Part shown: in pieces, positions 13,439 through 27,030 of the stretch
Position numbering within the stretch: the first letter of the stretch is position 1
How the letters are laid out: each line of letters starts with the position of its first letter
From: Eledone cirrhosa
Taxonomy: Eukaryota
Direction: 5' to 3'
DNA length: 64,000 bases
Assembly (NCBI GenBank): GCA_964016885.1
Contig: OZ024741.1
Coordinates: forward strand, 114,452,001-114,516,000
Program-made: the position numbers and the translations under genes
Notes under the pieces: model-generated
Database searches by the model: none
Seen by the model: the letters and a program-made list of their open reading frames with translations, nothing else
What the model was told of the DNA's origin: nothing

Positions 13439-16400
13439 CATATACAGAACCAAGCCAAATCAGTTCTGTTTGAGCGAATCATGGTCCCCCGACCTGATCC
13501 CTCACAAAGGGACAGCCCGTCCTACCCATGCTAGCATAGAAGATGGATGACGTTAAATGATGATGATGAGGATGATGACACACTGCCTCGCAATCTTGAA
13601 CAGAAACAGGAGGTGTTCAAGATTGCGAGGCAGTGTGTCAGAGAGAATTGTGATGTCATTGGAGAGAAGTGTATCCGGAATGATAATGGTGAGCATGCCC
13701 TCACAAGTGTTGAGAAGAAAGATGCATGGAAGAGCCATTATGATAGATTACTAAATGAGGAGAATGCATGGGAAGAAGAGACCCTACCCCAAGTAGACCC
13801 TATAGAGGGGCCAGCAGTACAAGTCAGCAGCAGCATAGTAAGTAAGGCAATCAAAGATATGAAGATGGGGAAGGCAACCGGTCCATCGGGTATAGCTGCC
13901 GAGATGCTGAAGGCATCTGGGTCTGTAGATCACACTATAACCACACGTATTGTTAACCAGGTAATACTAGAAGGTGTCATACCAAAAGATTGGTGCAGTA
14001 GCATCATTGTCAACTGCTACAAAGGTAAAGGTGATGCATTAGATAGAGGAAACTATAGAGGTATAAAGCTGATGGACCAGGTCATGAAAGTAACAGAAAG
14101 AGTTATAGCACAGTTGATTAGGGACCGGGTGAAACTAGATGAGATGCAATTTGGGTTTGTACCAGGAAGAGGCACCACTGATGCCCTCTTCCTTGTGAGG
14201 CAGTTACAGGAAAAGTACCTAGCTAAAAGTAAGCCACTCTACCTGGCATTCGTCGATCTCGAGAAAGCCTTTGACAGAGTTCCACGTGCTGTAATCTGGT
14301 GGGCTCTTAGAAAACTAGGAGTAGATGAATGGCTTGTGAAAGCTGTACAAGCTATGTATAGGGGAGCAGTCAGCAAAGTTAGGATTAGCAATGAGTATAG
14401 CGAGGAATTTAGCGTACAGGTTGGTGTCCACCAGGGCTCTGTTCTTAGCCCTCTCCTGTTCATCATAGTCCTGCAGGCAATAACGGAGGAGTTTAAGACC
14501 AGATGCCCATGGGAACTCCTGTATGCTGATGACCTCGCACTTATTGCTGAATCTATGGTAGAACTAGAGAAGAAATTCCAAACTTGGAAGCAGGGACTAG
14601 AAAGAAAGGGTCTCAAAGTCAACATGACAAAGACTAAGGTCCTTGTAAGTAGACGAGAAAACAGAACCCAGATCCCCTCAGGGAAATGGCCTTGCTCAGT
14701 ATGTAGGAAAGGTGTAGGTAGCAACTCCATTCTCTGCCCCAAATGCAAACAATGGGTACACAAGAGATGTAGCGGGATCTCAGGAAGCTTAATTAAGAAT
14801 GTAGGCTTCACAACATGCAGCAGCTGTGCTGGGACAGCAAGCAGCAAACTGCCACAGGAAACAAGTACCACCAATCTCTGGGAGGGCTCTGTAGAAACAG
14901 TAGACAGCTTCTTCTACCTAGGTGACCGAATTAGCAGCGGAGGTGGGTGTTCAGAAAGTACAATAACTAGGGTAAGAACGGGATGGAAGAAGTTCAGGGA
15001 ACTACTGCCACTGCTAGCTGCAAAAGGCTTTTCCCTCAAAATGAAAGGCAGACTGTATGATGCGTGTATCCGAACAGCAATGTTACATGGTAGTGAGACC
15101 TGGGCGCTGAAGGTGGAAGACTTACGTAGATTAGAAAGAAACGAAGCCTGCATGCTCCAATGGATGTGTAATAGTAATATACGCGAACGACAAAGCATAA
15201 ATGAATTGAGAGAGAGACTGAGCATAAGAGGAATCAAATGCTGTGTGCAGGAGAGGTGGTTGCGTTGGTATGGACATGTGATGCGTATGAAGGATGACAG
15301 CTGCATAAAAAGGTGCAGAGCACTAGAAGTCAATGGAAACCGCGGAGTGGGGAGACCCAAGAAGACCTGGGATGAGGTGATAAAAGCCGACCTTACCCAA
15401 TTACACCTCTCAAAGGCGATGACACATGACCGTGACCTCTGGCGTCACGCAGTAATACAGAGTACCCGACCTCCCATGGGTACAAGCTGAAGCATATAGA
15501 CAATATGCCCCCACATCCTCCCACTGCAAGGTGGTCATGGAGGTGCCACAGCAAAAAAGCACCCAGCCCACACTGTAAAGTGGACGTGTAGGTGCCACGG
15601 AAAAAGTACCCAGCACTCGCTGTAAATGAGGTTGGTGTTAGGAAGGGCATCCAGCTGTAGAAATCAAGCCAAAATCAGTTCCTGTATGAGCAAGGCATGG
15701 TCAGCCAACCAGACACTGCCCACAACAAGACAACCCGTCTAACCCATGCTAGCATGGAAGAACGGACGTAAAACGGTGATGATGATGATGATGATGATAT
15801 TTATTTATTTATATAGTTGAAAAAGGGAGAACGTTTCATACAAATTGAAGATTATCAGTAAAAAGTGAAAAAGCACAGGGGTATATTTAAAGATTGTTTT
15901 TTTCTTTAATCTGACAGAATAAATATTTTTATTATTGCTATAGATCTGTTTGTATTAGCTACTCAACAACAACAGTACGACGAACACCACCAACAACAAG
16001 AAACATTTATAAGAACAATTTATCATAGAGTACACTTTGTAAAGGGATTGGTGATAACTGGGACAACCAATTATAGAAAACCTGCCAAACAAAGAGCCAA
16101 GAGTACTCTTCAGCTGTGTCAACTGTGTCAATGACGTTAACTTCCACAATTTTGGTGCCATGATAAAAATCCTCTTGCCCGAGTGCGGTATGATAAATCA
16201 GTTCAACTGAAGGTCAGTGACTTCATTTGAGTAGTGAATGGTGTGTGATGACACATCCAGCCTTTGCTAGCAGGGAAAACGACAGAAAACAATGATGAAA
16301 ATAATGATACTTCAAATGTCTCACCTATTGATGCCAGAATCACCATCTTCAAAATTATACCAAGTGAGGTTAAGCCTAGTGTAATTATTCCCCTTCTCTG

Positions 16401-19400
16401 AGACAGTGTCCCAGTTGAGCTTATCTGGTTTGAAGTGACCCATGGATGGTGCAGAACTGTCAACATAAATCTGCTGAAGCGCATCAACAAATGTGCAAAG
16501 TCCTGCAGCATTGCATGCTGCCATAGTAATATTATAAAGTGACCCATCCTGAAAAAAGCAGAAAATAGAGATTAATTTTTAGAAAGAACCACACAGTATT
16601 TGCATAAAATTATTAAATTTAAAAACAAAATTTGTTTTCTCTCAAACATAGTGGATATGTAAATACATTTGTGAGTTTTATATTGAATAATAATATTATT
16701 AATGTTTGACCCATTTGCAAGCAAATGGCCTCATAACACTATGTGTTTTAGATTACTATCGTCACCCTTTTGTTCTAGCGGTAGCAGAGAGAAGCAATCG
16801 ACAATTGTTTTAGGGTTATTGCCCCTTGTCAAGATTGTGTATCTCTCTCTCTCAGTATATATGAAATTTGTATAATGCATTCTACACATGTTAGAAAAAA
16901 GCTTTGCAAGATATAGCAGACAAATATCTCCTATCACACTCACTACCTTTTATATTTAAAAAAAAAAAAATCTGAGAGGAAACATTAGTTAAAAAAAAGA
17001 CTGGATAGTTATTGAAGGAATCATTGTGATGATATACCTATTTGATCAGAACTGATGTGATGAAAAGAAACTGATACAATAAATTTCAAACCTTAAAAAG
17101 AAAATGCTTGGGGTTGATATGATTAACTAATTCTCCAACAAGGCTACGATATGATTTAATGACTGAAACCAGTAAGAGAATAGAATAATATTTTACCTGG
17201 AGTCTGTCTTCTTCTTTGAGTACCAAAGTGGCATGTTTCATTGGTGGCAACTGGAACTCTTTAGAAAATGTTGTACCAGAATGATGGGGATATAACATGA
17301 GTAAATGGTCAACTATTGGACTCTCATTGTCTTCAAATGACCATTCCACTGAGAGAACACTGTTGTCTGTTGTATACAAGACATTATTTCCATTTGTGGT
17401 CAGTTTCTCTAAGTTTAGAACCTTTGGTGGCATCAGAGCTATTGGTGATGTTTTGTCAATGTAAAATCCAGCAGAAGAGCCTATTGACGTGAGTCCAACA
17501 TTGTTGTAACCTTTCACAGTTGAGTAAAGCAAAGTTTTCAGTGGAAGATTTAGATTGAGGGCAACAACAGAAGTTGTTAATAAAGCTGGTTGCCATTGCA
17601 ACATGTCACAAGTGAATGGCATTTTACCAATACAATATTCAAATTTCTTCATTGAAGAATGTGGGTCATAGAAGCCAGTCCATTGTATATTTAGTGTTGA
17701 TCTGAAGTGAGAAATTACACACAAAACTGTTTATTATCTTAAAAATAGAATTGTCTTCATAGGAAAGGAAGCCATAAAAATTTCATTCAAGTTAGACATG
17801 ACTTGGGCCAATACTGCCTGAAATGTATCAAAGTTATCAAAGTAACATCGTTTTTATGTCTGATTTTTCATACCGGTACATGTTGGACAAGATGTTTTTT
17901 TATTTATTCTGAGGCAATATTTTCTATGGCTGGATGCTCTTCCTGATGCCAATGTAACTTTATTCTTTAAGTATAGTATATATTTTAATTCTGTAAGCTC
18001 TGGAACATATTGTGTTATGCTTTTGATCATTGGAGGGGAGAACTAGGTCTAAACAATAATAATGGTTTCTGATTTAGGCACAAGACCAACAATTTTGGGG
18101 GATGTGAAAGTTGATTAAATCGACCCCAGTACATTCCCGGTACTTTATTTTATTGACCCCGTAAGGATGAAAGGCAAAGCTAACCTCAGAAGGATTTGAA
18201 CTCAAAACGTAAAGAGATGTTATTATATGCCGCAAAGAATGTCGTCTGATGCTCTCCTGATACTGCCAAGCTACTTCCCTCTAAACAACAATAACAACAA
18301 CAACTATAGTCTTTACTACTTTTAGTGCTTTTAATACCCTGAAACTGCCTGTGGTTCTACAATCTAAAGGTGTCTATTTTAAAATGTGTATCATCATCTT
18401 TGTCATTATCATCATCATCATTTAACATAGTCTGCTAGCAAGGAGATACCTGCCATTATAAATTTATGTAAGAATTTTTGTTGAATTTTTGTTGAATTTT
18501 TTGAATTTTTGTTGAATTTTTTTTCCCAAAGTAAAAGAAAGGGGCTGATTGTCAGATCGGATCAAGAGAACAATGGTTCTATTGCTGACACTATCTGCTG
18601 GTTACAACTCCTGGAAGAAGGAGGTAGGATTTGAACTCAGAATACACAGAGTTGGATCAGATATTACTAAGTATCCTGTCCAATTCTATAACAATTCCAC
18701 CAATTCTATGGCTGGTGCTTTATTTATCAATCCCCAATAGAATAAAAGGCAAAGTTGACCTTGGAGGAATCTGTGTACAGACAACTAAAATACTGTGGTA
18801 TTTAATGTAATATTCTAAAAACTCTACCCATCTACTTGGCGAATTGGCAGAATCGTTAGAACATCGGATAGAATGCTTTGTGGAATATGTTTCCACTCTC
18901 TGCTCTCTGAGTTCAAATCCCGCTGAGGTCAACTTTGTCTTTCATCTTTCTGAAGTCAATAAAAAAAGTACCAGTCTAGTTTTGGGGTCGATTCTTCCTC
19001 TATATCTCTTTCTCACTTTCTCTCTCTCTCACTCTCTCTATTCTTCTCTGGAAGAAATCTGCTGTATTCAGATCTGGAGAGGAATCGGGCACCGCCAGGT
19101 TTAAAAAAAGAAAAGCCCAAGAAATGCTGTATGCCAATATGGTGCCCCTACGACTCTCTTGGGAGTTATAGGTCCATACATACCCATCTACTGCCTGGGC
19201 TCCAAACATCAGCTTAGTAATGAGAAAGTTAATTATATTATTAACTCCTTTCATATTCTTGATTATTTTCAAGATGATTTGAAAATAATAGGCAGTGTCT
19301 TTCAATAGAAATAAAGTAAAGAAAGGGTTAAAGTGTCCATATTTATCTAAAATTCTTCCATCATAATTTTCTGTAAGAACTTTTGTTAAGTCATATCCCA

Positions 19401-22400
19401 AACAACAGCTTGATAATGAGAAACTTAGTTATATTATTAAATCTCTTCAAATTCTCGATTATTTTCAAAATGATTTGAAAATCATAAGCAATATCTTTCA
19501 TTAAAAATATTGTAAGGAAAAAGTTAAAGCATCCATCATCATCCTCACCATAATCATCATCATCACCATCATCATCGTTTTACCATCCACTTGCTTGCTA
19601 GCAAGGGTTGGATGGGTCTACATAAACTAAGTCAGTACTGAAGTGGAGCTACTGACCACATAGACAGGCCAGGATCTGCATCTCGCTTACATACGGTCTC
19701 ACATTCTATTGAGTGCAAAGGAGAGGTTACCATGTCTTTGACACAACTGAAGGATCCTTCCAACCTTTTGGTTAGTAAGCTCTCTATAGCTGAATACTCG
19801 TCCTATCACCAACTACTTTATAGCCTGTACTGGGTACATTTATTGAATTTCCATCATAATTTCCTGTAAGGACTTTTGTTGTCATATGCCGAACAGCAGC
19901 ATAATAATAAGAAACTTACTCTTGGGTCCCAAATGATAGGGGGTGGAATAAGCAGGCATGGGTGGTTGGAATAAATGCAGGAGTTGGAAATCAGTAATTG
20001 TATAGTGTACGTTCATAAATATGGCATTTCTTGTAGTGTTCTTTATTTGCCATAGATAATGTTTTTCACTTACAATAAAATTTTGCCAGAGATATATTAG
20101 CAAAATTTAATAAATGGGAGAGTTGGGAGAAAAGTAGGGGGTGTGGTGCAGGTGTGAGTCATTCAAGATCTGAGAGTAGTTACATTACTAAATCCCTGCA
20201 AATTCTTGATTATTTTCCAAATTATTAGAAAATTATATACAGTGTTTTCATTAGAAATATATTAGAAATATGGTAATGAAATGAGTTAACTTACTGGTGA
20301 GCTTGGTATGTATGGTGATATGCATCTGTACCCACCTCTACTATCCCAGTGAGTGGAGGGGAATTATCCATGATAACACCATTAGATGTACTGCGACTAC
20401 ACAGGAAGGCTTTATTACATGCTTCAACTGTTACATAGTATTTTATCCCCGGTATGTAGGATCTCTTCCAGTAGTGACCTGAAATATTATAGAACACAGT
20501 ATTGGGGTCTGTCTGTCAAAGTGATAGTGTCATTAACCTCATGCCTCCTCCTCCTTCTCCACATCATCATCATCATCATCATCATCATCAAGATTATTTC
20601 ATTAAATTACCACCACCTCCAGCAACATCAGCAGCAGCACCAACACCACCACCACCACCACCACAGCTGCTGACACCACCACCAGCACCAGAACCAGAAC
20701 CAACACCACCACCACCACCACCATTACAGCTGCCACCGGCATTATCATCATTATCATAATTATCACTACCACAAAAACCATCATCACCACCACCATCATT
20801 ACCATCATCATCACTATCATCATTAATATCCTCACATACCAGTTTTTTGTCCCATATTTGTCATTCTGATGACATCATCACGTAGAGGGGCTGTACCTAC
20901 ACCAGCACGGTAGAATAATATTCCAGTATGAGGATCAGTAAAGCCAAACCATTGAGCTTCCAATTTAGATATATCTCGTTGGTATTCAATATCACCCTAG
21001 AAGAGAAGTAATAAGTCAATTAATTGATTATTAAAATAATGTTGTCTCTGATTGAGATGAAGCAAGTGTGTATTTGAATAAATATAAAAATGAGAAAACT
21101 CATCGCTAGAACAGCTGTTAAAATAGTTAAATGCTGTCAAAGACAGCGATGGAAAAAGTGCCTCAGAGGACAGACCAGCGGCTAGTGGTCAACAGAAAAA
21201 CAATCCACAAGGTGGGTGACAGGCAGATGAAATATAGAAAAGATTGAAAGAGGAGAACAAGGAGAAGTGTGCTAGTGCACATAAGTGATTGGATTTTTAT
21301 ATGTAATTGATTATTAATTATTCACTTATATATTGATCAATCTCTGTAAACCTCAGTCAAATCTAGTCAACCTCAGTCAAACCTAGTCAATCTCAGTCAA
21401 ACCTAGTTAAACCTAGTCAACCTCATTCAAACCTAGTCAAACTCAGTCAAACCTAGTCAACCTCATTCAAACCTAGTCAAACCTAGTCAAACCTAGTAAA
21501 AATCAGTCAAACCTAGACAACCTCAGTCAAAACTAGTAAAACCTAGTTAACTTCATTCAAATCTAGTCAAACCTAGTCAAACTCAGTCAAATCTAGTCAA
21601 CCTCAGTCAAACCTAGTCAACCTCAATCAAACCTAGTCAAACTCAGTCAAACCTAGTCAACCTCAGTCAAACCTAGTCAAACTCAGTCAAACCTAGTTAA
21701 CCTCAGTCAAACCTAGTCAAACTCAGTCAAACCTAGTCAACCCCAGTCATTCCCAGGTCAACACCAGTCATCTCCAGTTAATCTTAGACAAACCAAGTGA
21801 ACACCAGTTAATTCCAGTTTTTACCAGTCAATCTTAATGTATTTCAATTTATTCCTGTCTCTGCCAGTTTATTCCAGTCAATCCATGTCTGTATCAGCTG
21901 ATCTCTAAATCTCTAACAGAATGTAATATTCACCTTCTCTGTGGTTGAAACCTCCATCACAATTCCTTCTATTGGTGGAGAAACATCAGTTATAAAGGCC
22001 TCAGTAACTGTCGTACTTTCCAGTCCTGCACCATTAGTTACCTAACAAAATAAAGAAATAACATTTAATCCTTTAGCATTTAAACCAGCCATATCTGGCC
22101 AGAATTCTCTCACCTCTTTCTATTCAAACCGGCCATAACTGGCCACTCATACTGACATTATTGTATTGTTCTCAAAATAAATGATAACATTATCAAAATC
22201 TTGTAGATTCCATATTATGTGAGATAATTATGTGGGATAAAGCCTTTACCATGAAAATATAATTGTTTCTACTTTTTGGCACAAGGTCAGCAATTACCCA
22301 GTGTATTACTGGTACTTTATTTTATCGACCCCGTAAGGATGAAAGGCAAAATTAACTTCGGCGGGATTTGAACTCATAATGGAAAAGGCCGTAACTCTTT

Positions 22401-24800
22401 GCATCAAAGCATGGCGTCCGACCCTCTACCAATACTGCCAATCCCCCACCTTTACCATGAAAATATAATAGTAGTGTATTATTGTTTCTAATTTAGGCAC
22501 AAGGTCAGAAATTTATGGGGAGAAGAAAGTCAATTAAATTGACTCCAGTACTTGACTGGTACTTTATTTTATCAACCTTGGAAAGATGAAAGACTGGAAA
22601 CAAATACTGCAAAGCATTTTGTTTGGACTTGTTACTAATTCTGTCAATACACCTCCCTCAGTGTGTTATAATTGTGATAATTTACCAGACTATATTCCAC
22701 CTATAAGACTAGGTAATGAGAAAGCCTTGGTGTGGTTGCTCAACTGGCTGGAAATAACAGTCAATCTCCTTTGAATTATACACCTTACATAACTCTTAAC
22801 ACCCTATGCCACGTGAAACCACATTAACAATTCATTCTTAAAAAAAAAATCAGTTCTATCATTGTTTCAAATTAAAATAAGTCTTTACAGTAATACTGCA
22901 ATTTTTCATAAAAATACTAGAGATATTTGAAATAACAACCACTTTTTAGATATTTTCTGTTAAATTATTACAGGATAGTAAGTTTAAAAAAGGAAGGGTA
23001 TATTGTAAATGTGCTGCTTGTAGATTATACTCCACTAGAGCCAAATAATTGTTTCTACTTTAGGCACAAGGCCAGCAATTACCCAGTTCATTACTGGTAC
23101 TTTATTTTATCGACCCCATAAGGATGAAAGGCAAAGTCAACCTCGGCGGGATTTGAACTCAGATCGTAAAGGGACGTAACTATGCTGGAAAGCACCAAAT
23201 AATGCAGGCATAGATAGGGCTGAAGTGAATTTGATCATAGATCAGCTGCTCAAAACTATAGTGATATTAAACCTTATTTCAAAAGTAAAATGTAGGCAAT
23301 TTATGTAAGTTTATATAGTCACAATCAATGTTCAATATGCTCCTGTTTGCAAGCATGATTTATTATGTTTCTTTAGGTAGTGGATTAGGTTAAATTATTT
23401 GAAAATCATAGGAAATATGTTTCATTAGAAATATGCTAATAAAAAGATTAAGTTATGTTCTGAACACCAAATAAATAATGGGAATAATGGGAATAATGGG
23501 AATCATCCCTAATTCTTGATTATTATCAAAATTATTTAAAAATCATAGGTAGTGATTTTCATTAGAAATATGGAACTGAAAAGATTAATCCATTAATTCT
23601 ATGTTACACAGAAAAAAATTATTTGATTCATGTTATATAGAGAAAACCACTTGATCCATTAATTCTCTTGAGAAAGTTATTTGATTAACATCAAGAAGAT
23701 GACTAGATCCATTTATTCTGTTACATTGAGAATTTGATTTGATTCATGTTGCACAGAGATGATGATTTTGATCCACACTTCATACAGCATTTTATTTGAT
23801 CCATATTAAATAGAGAAAATGACTTTATCCATCAATTTTATGTTACATTGAGAAAATTACTTGATTATAGAAAAATACCTGACACAACACAAATGAGTGA
23901 TACTTACTTTTAAAGTCCCATAATATCTGTGTCCATCTTGTAGAAGACTTTTATCTTGAATCTCAGAGAATTCCTTAAACTGTTCAGAAAAAGCTACAAC
24001 ATCATCTTGTAGTGGCAGAGTTCCAATTCCAAACATTTTGGAAATAATTCCACTTTCTTTGTCTGTGATGCCAGTCCAATAAATGGTCAGTTCATTAGTA
24101 TCAATATAATATGAGTGACTTGTGGCACTACCAATATTCAAGGTTCCATTTAATGGTGGACTTGTGTCAACAATGATTGCTTCAGATATGGCATTTACAA
24201 TGAGACCAGACATATCGTAAGCTAGAAATATATTGAGAAGAATAAGTTTAAATGCTTTATGATTTTTAAGGAATATGGATTATTAGAATTAATATGGTAT
24301 GGTCCCTTAACTCCTGATAGAGTCGTAGGGGTACCGTATTGATATACAATGTTTCTTGGGCATTTTAATCCTGGCGGAGCCCAACCCTCTCCAGGCCTGA
24401 GTACATGAGATTTCTTCCAGAGAAAGATAGAAAGTGAAAGAAAGGAAATGAGAAAGAGATATAGAGGAAGAATTTACCCCAGGCAAAGTTGATCCCTGGC
24501 AGGATTTGAACTCGGAGAGCAGAGAGCCGGAACAAATAACAAAAAGCATTCTATCCAACATTCTAACGACTCTGGCAATTCATTGCCTATAGAATTAATA
24601 TATTTATTTGATTAAAATTTAAATTTTAGGTATCAATATTTCTGCCTTTTTCATTTTCTCTGGGAATCATCAGTATACAAAACTTTCTCCCAATATGAAA
24701 CTGGTCTGTACTGATGATGACACCAAATAAATAAGACACAGAAATATTGATATCTACAATTTAGAGAAAATTTATCTTGTAAACAACACCAGCAAATGAA

Positions 24801-24833
<33 letters not shown>

Positions 24834-26799
24834 TTATATAGAGAAAGATGAGGGAGAGAGAGGCATTCATATAGAGAGAGTGGGGGAGAGATGAGAGATT
24901 GATGCATTTATGTTGTAAAGAATATGTTCCTTTTTTATTTGACCCTTTTGATACTAACCTGCCCATTGTTCAATGAGAGAATAACCCCCATTTTAACCAT
25001 TCTGATATCAAACTATCTGACCATGACCCTAGTTCTACGATTCAAAAGCTATTTGTTTTAATGCATTTATATAGATTTAGAATTTTCCATCATTATTTTA
25101 CATAAGAACATTTATTAACTTATATCCCAGACATGGACTTAATAATGGTTTCTGATTTAGGTACAAGGCCAAGAATCTTGGGGTAGGAGAAAGTTCATTA
25201 AATTGATTCCTCTGCATTACTGGTACTTTATTTTATTGACCCTGTAAGGACAAAATTCAAAGCTCACCTTAGTGCGATTTGAACTCAAAACGTAAAAGGA
25301 CATAACTATATGCTACAAAGCATGTTGTCTGACACCAATTTAATAATGAGAGAGTCAGTTATACTCCAGCTAGTCCCTCCTAAGTCTTGATTATGTTAAA
25401 AATTAATTGAAAATTATAGGCAGTGTTTTTCATAAGAAATATGGTAATGAAAGTGTTAAATAAAAAAAATATTTAAAAATGATAACTACCTGTGACAGTT
25501 ACAAAGATTTGTTGACCATCCTGGACAGGTGACATTTCACATACTGCTTGACTGGTTACACCAACATCAACAGGAGCAACAATATCCTGTGTTCCTGGAT
25601 AACTACCTAAAATATACAGGTAGGGAAAAAGTATTAATGGTCAGTTAATATTTCAAACTAGAATATCAAAGTAGGACTTTGAAACAGGTAATGTAGGGGC
25701 TGGGGAGCTGTTTGTAGGCGGGAGGCAGGAGATAATATAAAAAACACGAACATACAATATATATAAATATATATCAATTAAGAAGTTATTTGTCTCTAAT
25801 ACTTAAACATCTCAATGAAAGGATAAAAAGGATAAAATATATAGATAAAATATCACTCAGAGAAGGAATTTAATATATTAAACTTGTGTCAAAATCTCAA
25901 TGTTGGGGGATATAAGTCACACCAACTAAAATAAGCCAGTTTTACTCATATAATAGCCTCTTTACCATAGTTTCTAGAATAGAGAAACAATATTATTTCA
26001 AAAACATTTGAACAACCAGCATTGGAAGAACTATTCGGTCACCAGGGGAGATTTCTTTGGAACAAGAGGAGATACTGAATATAAAGTATACAGATGATAT
26101 TGGTGCCAAAACTGCATGGCGTCCAACACATTGTGTCATTGAACATAACTCTCTATATATATTAGGACAATACGACAGGCTTATAATGACACTAGAAATA
26201 GTAGCAAAAAAAAAATAATGTCTAAATGTACTCTACAATGAAGGAGTAGCTAATATCAATTAAACAGTTGTCTCTAATACTTAAACATCTCAATGAAAGG
26301 ATAACATATACAGATAAATGATCAAACTCAATCTGCATACTCCTATTGTTCCAACTAATTCTACCCTGATGACGGAATTATTCCAATGTTTTTCAAATAA
26401 TTAATAATTAATATTGTTTCTCTTTTCTACAAACCATGGTAGGGAGGCTATTATATATATAGCACGCATGACCAGCTTGAATGTAACCTGATCTCAACGC
26501 TGGCCTCTGTCTTTGACGGGGTGGTAGTAGTACACTATAAGCCTACACTCCTTCACCAGATGGGCATAAGTAGGCTTAATAATCACCACTTGAGGGCGAC
26601 CGAATGGGGTAGAAGCTGATAAATTTTCGGTCACCCTCATGTCTCTGATTTTCACCCCCATGGATTTTGTCTATTATGTTCCTTTGTTATATTTTGAATA
26701 CCTGATGATGTCACCGGATTCATACTGAACCCGGTCATTGAAATGATCATAGTATAATAAACCTTTCAAGGAATTACACCAGTCCAGCCTCCTGTTATT

Positions 26800-26863
<64 letters not shown>

Positions 26864-26947
26864 CAAAGACATATTTAATTTGCTGGTAATTCAACAAATT
26901 TATTTATAACAAATTCGAAGCTCTCGACAGGTTTCCTGGAGTATAAT

Positions 26948-27030
<83 letters not shown>

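Noticed and set aside
20386-20835. Poly-His, poly-Pro and poly-Val ORFs
   Set aside because: Translations of an intronic (CAT)n/(CCA)n microsatellite.
21345-21830. CRISPR-like or telomeric array
   Set aside because: No unique spacers, no cas genes, eukaryotic context, and the unit is not TTAGGG/TTAGG.
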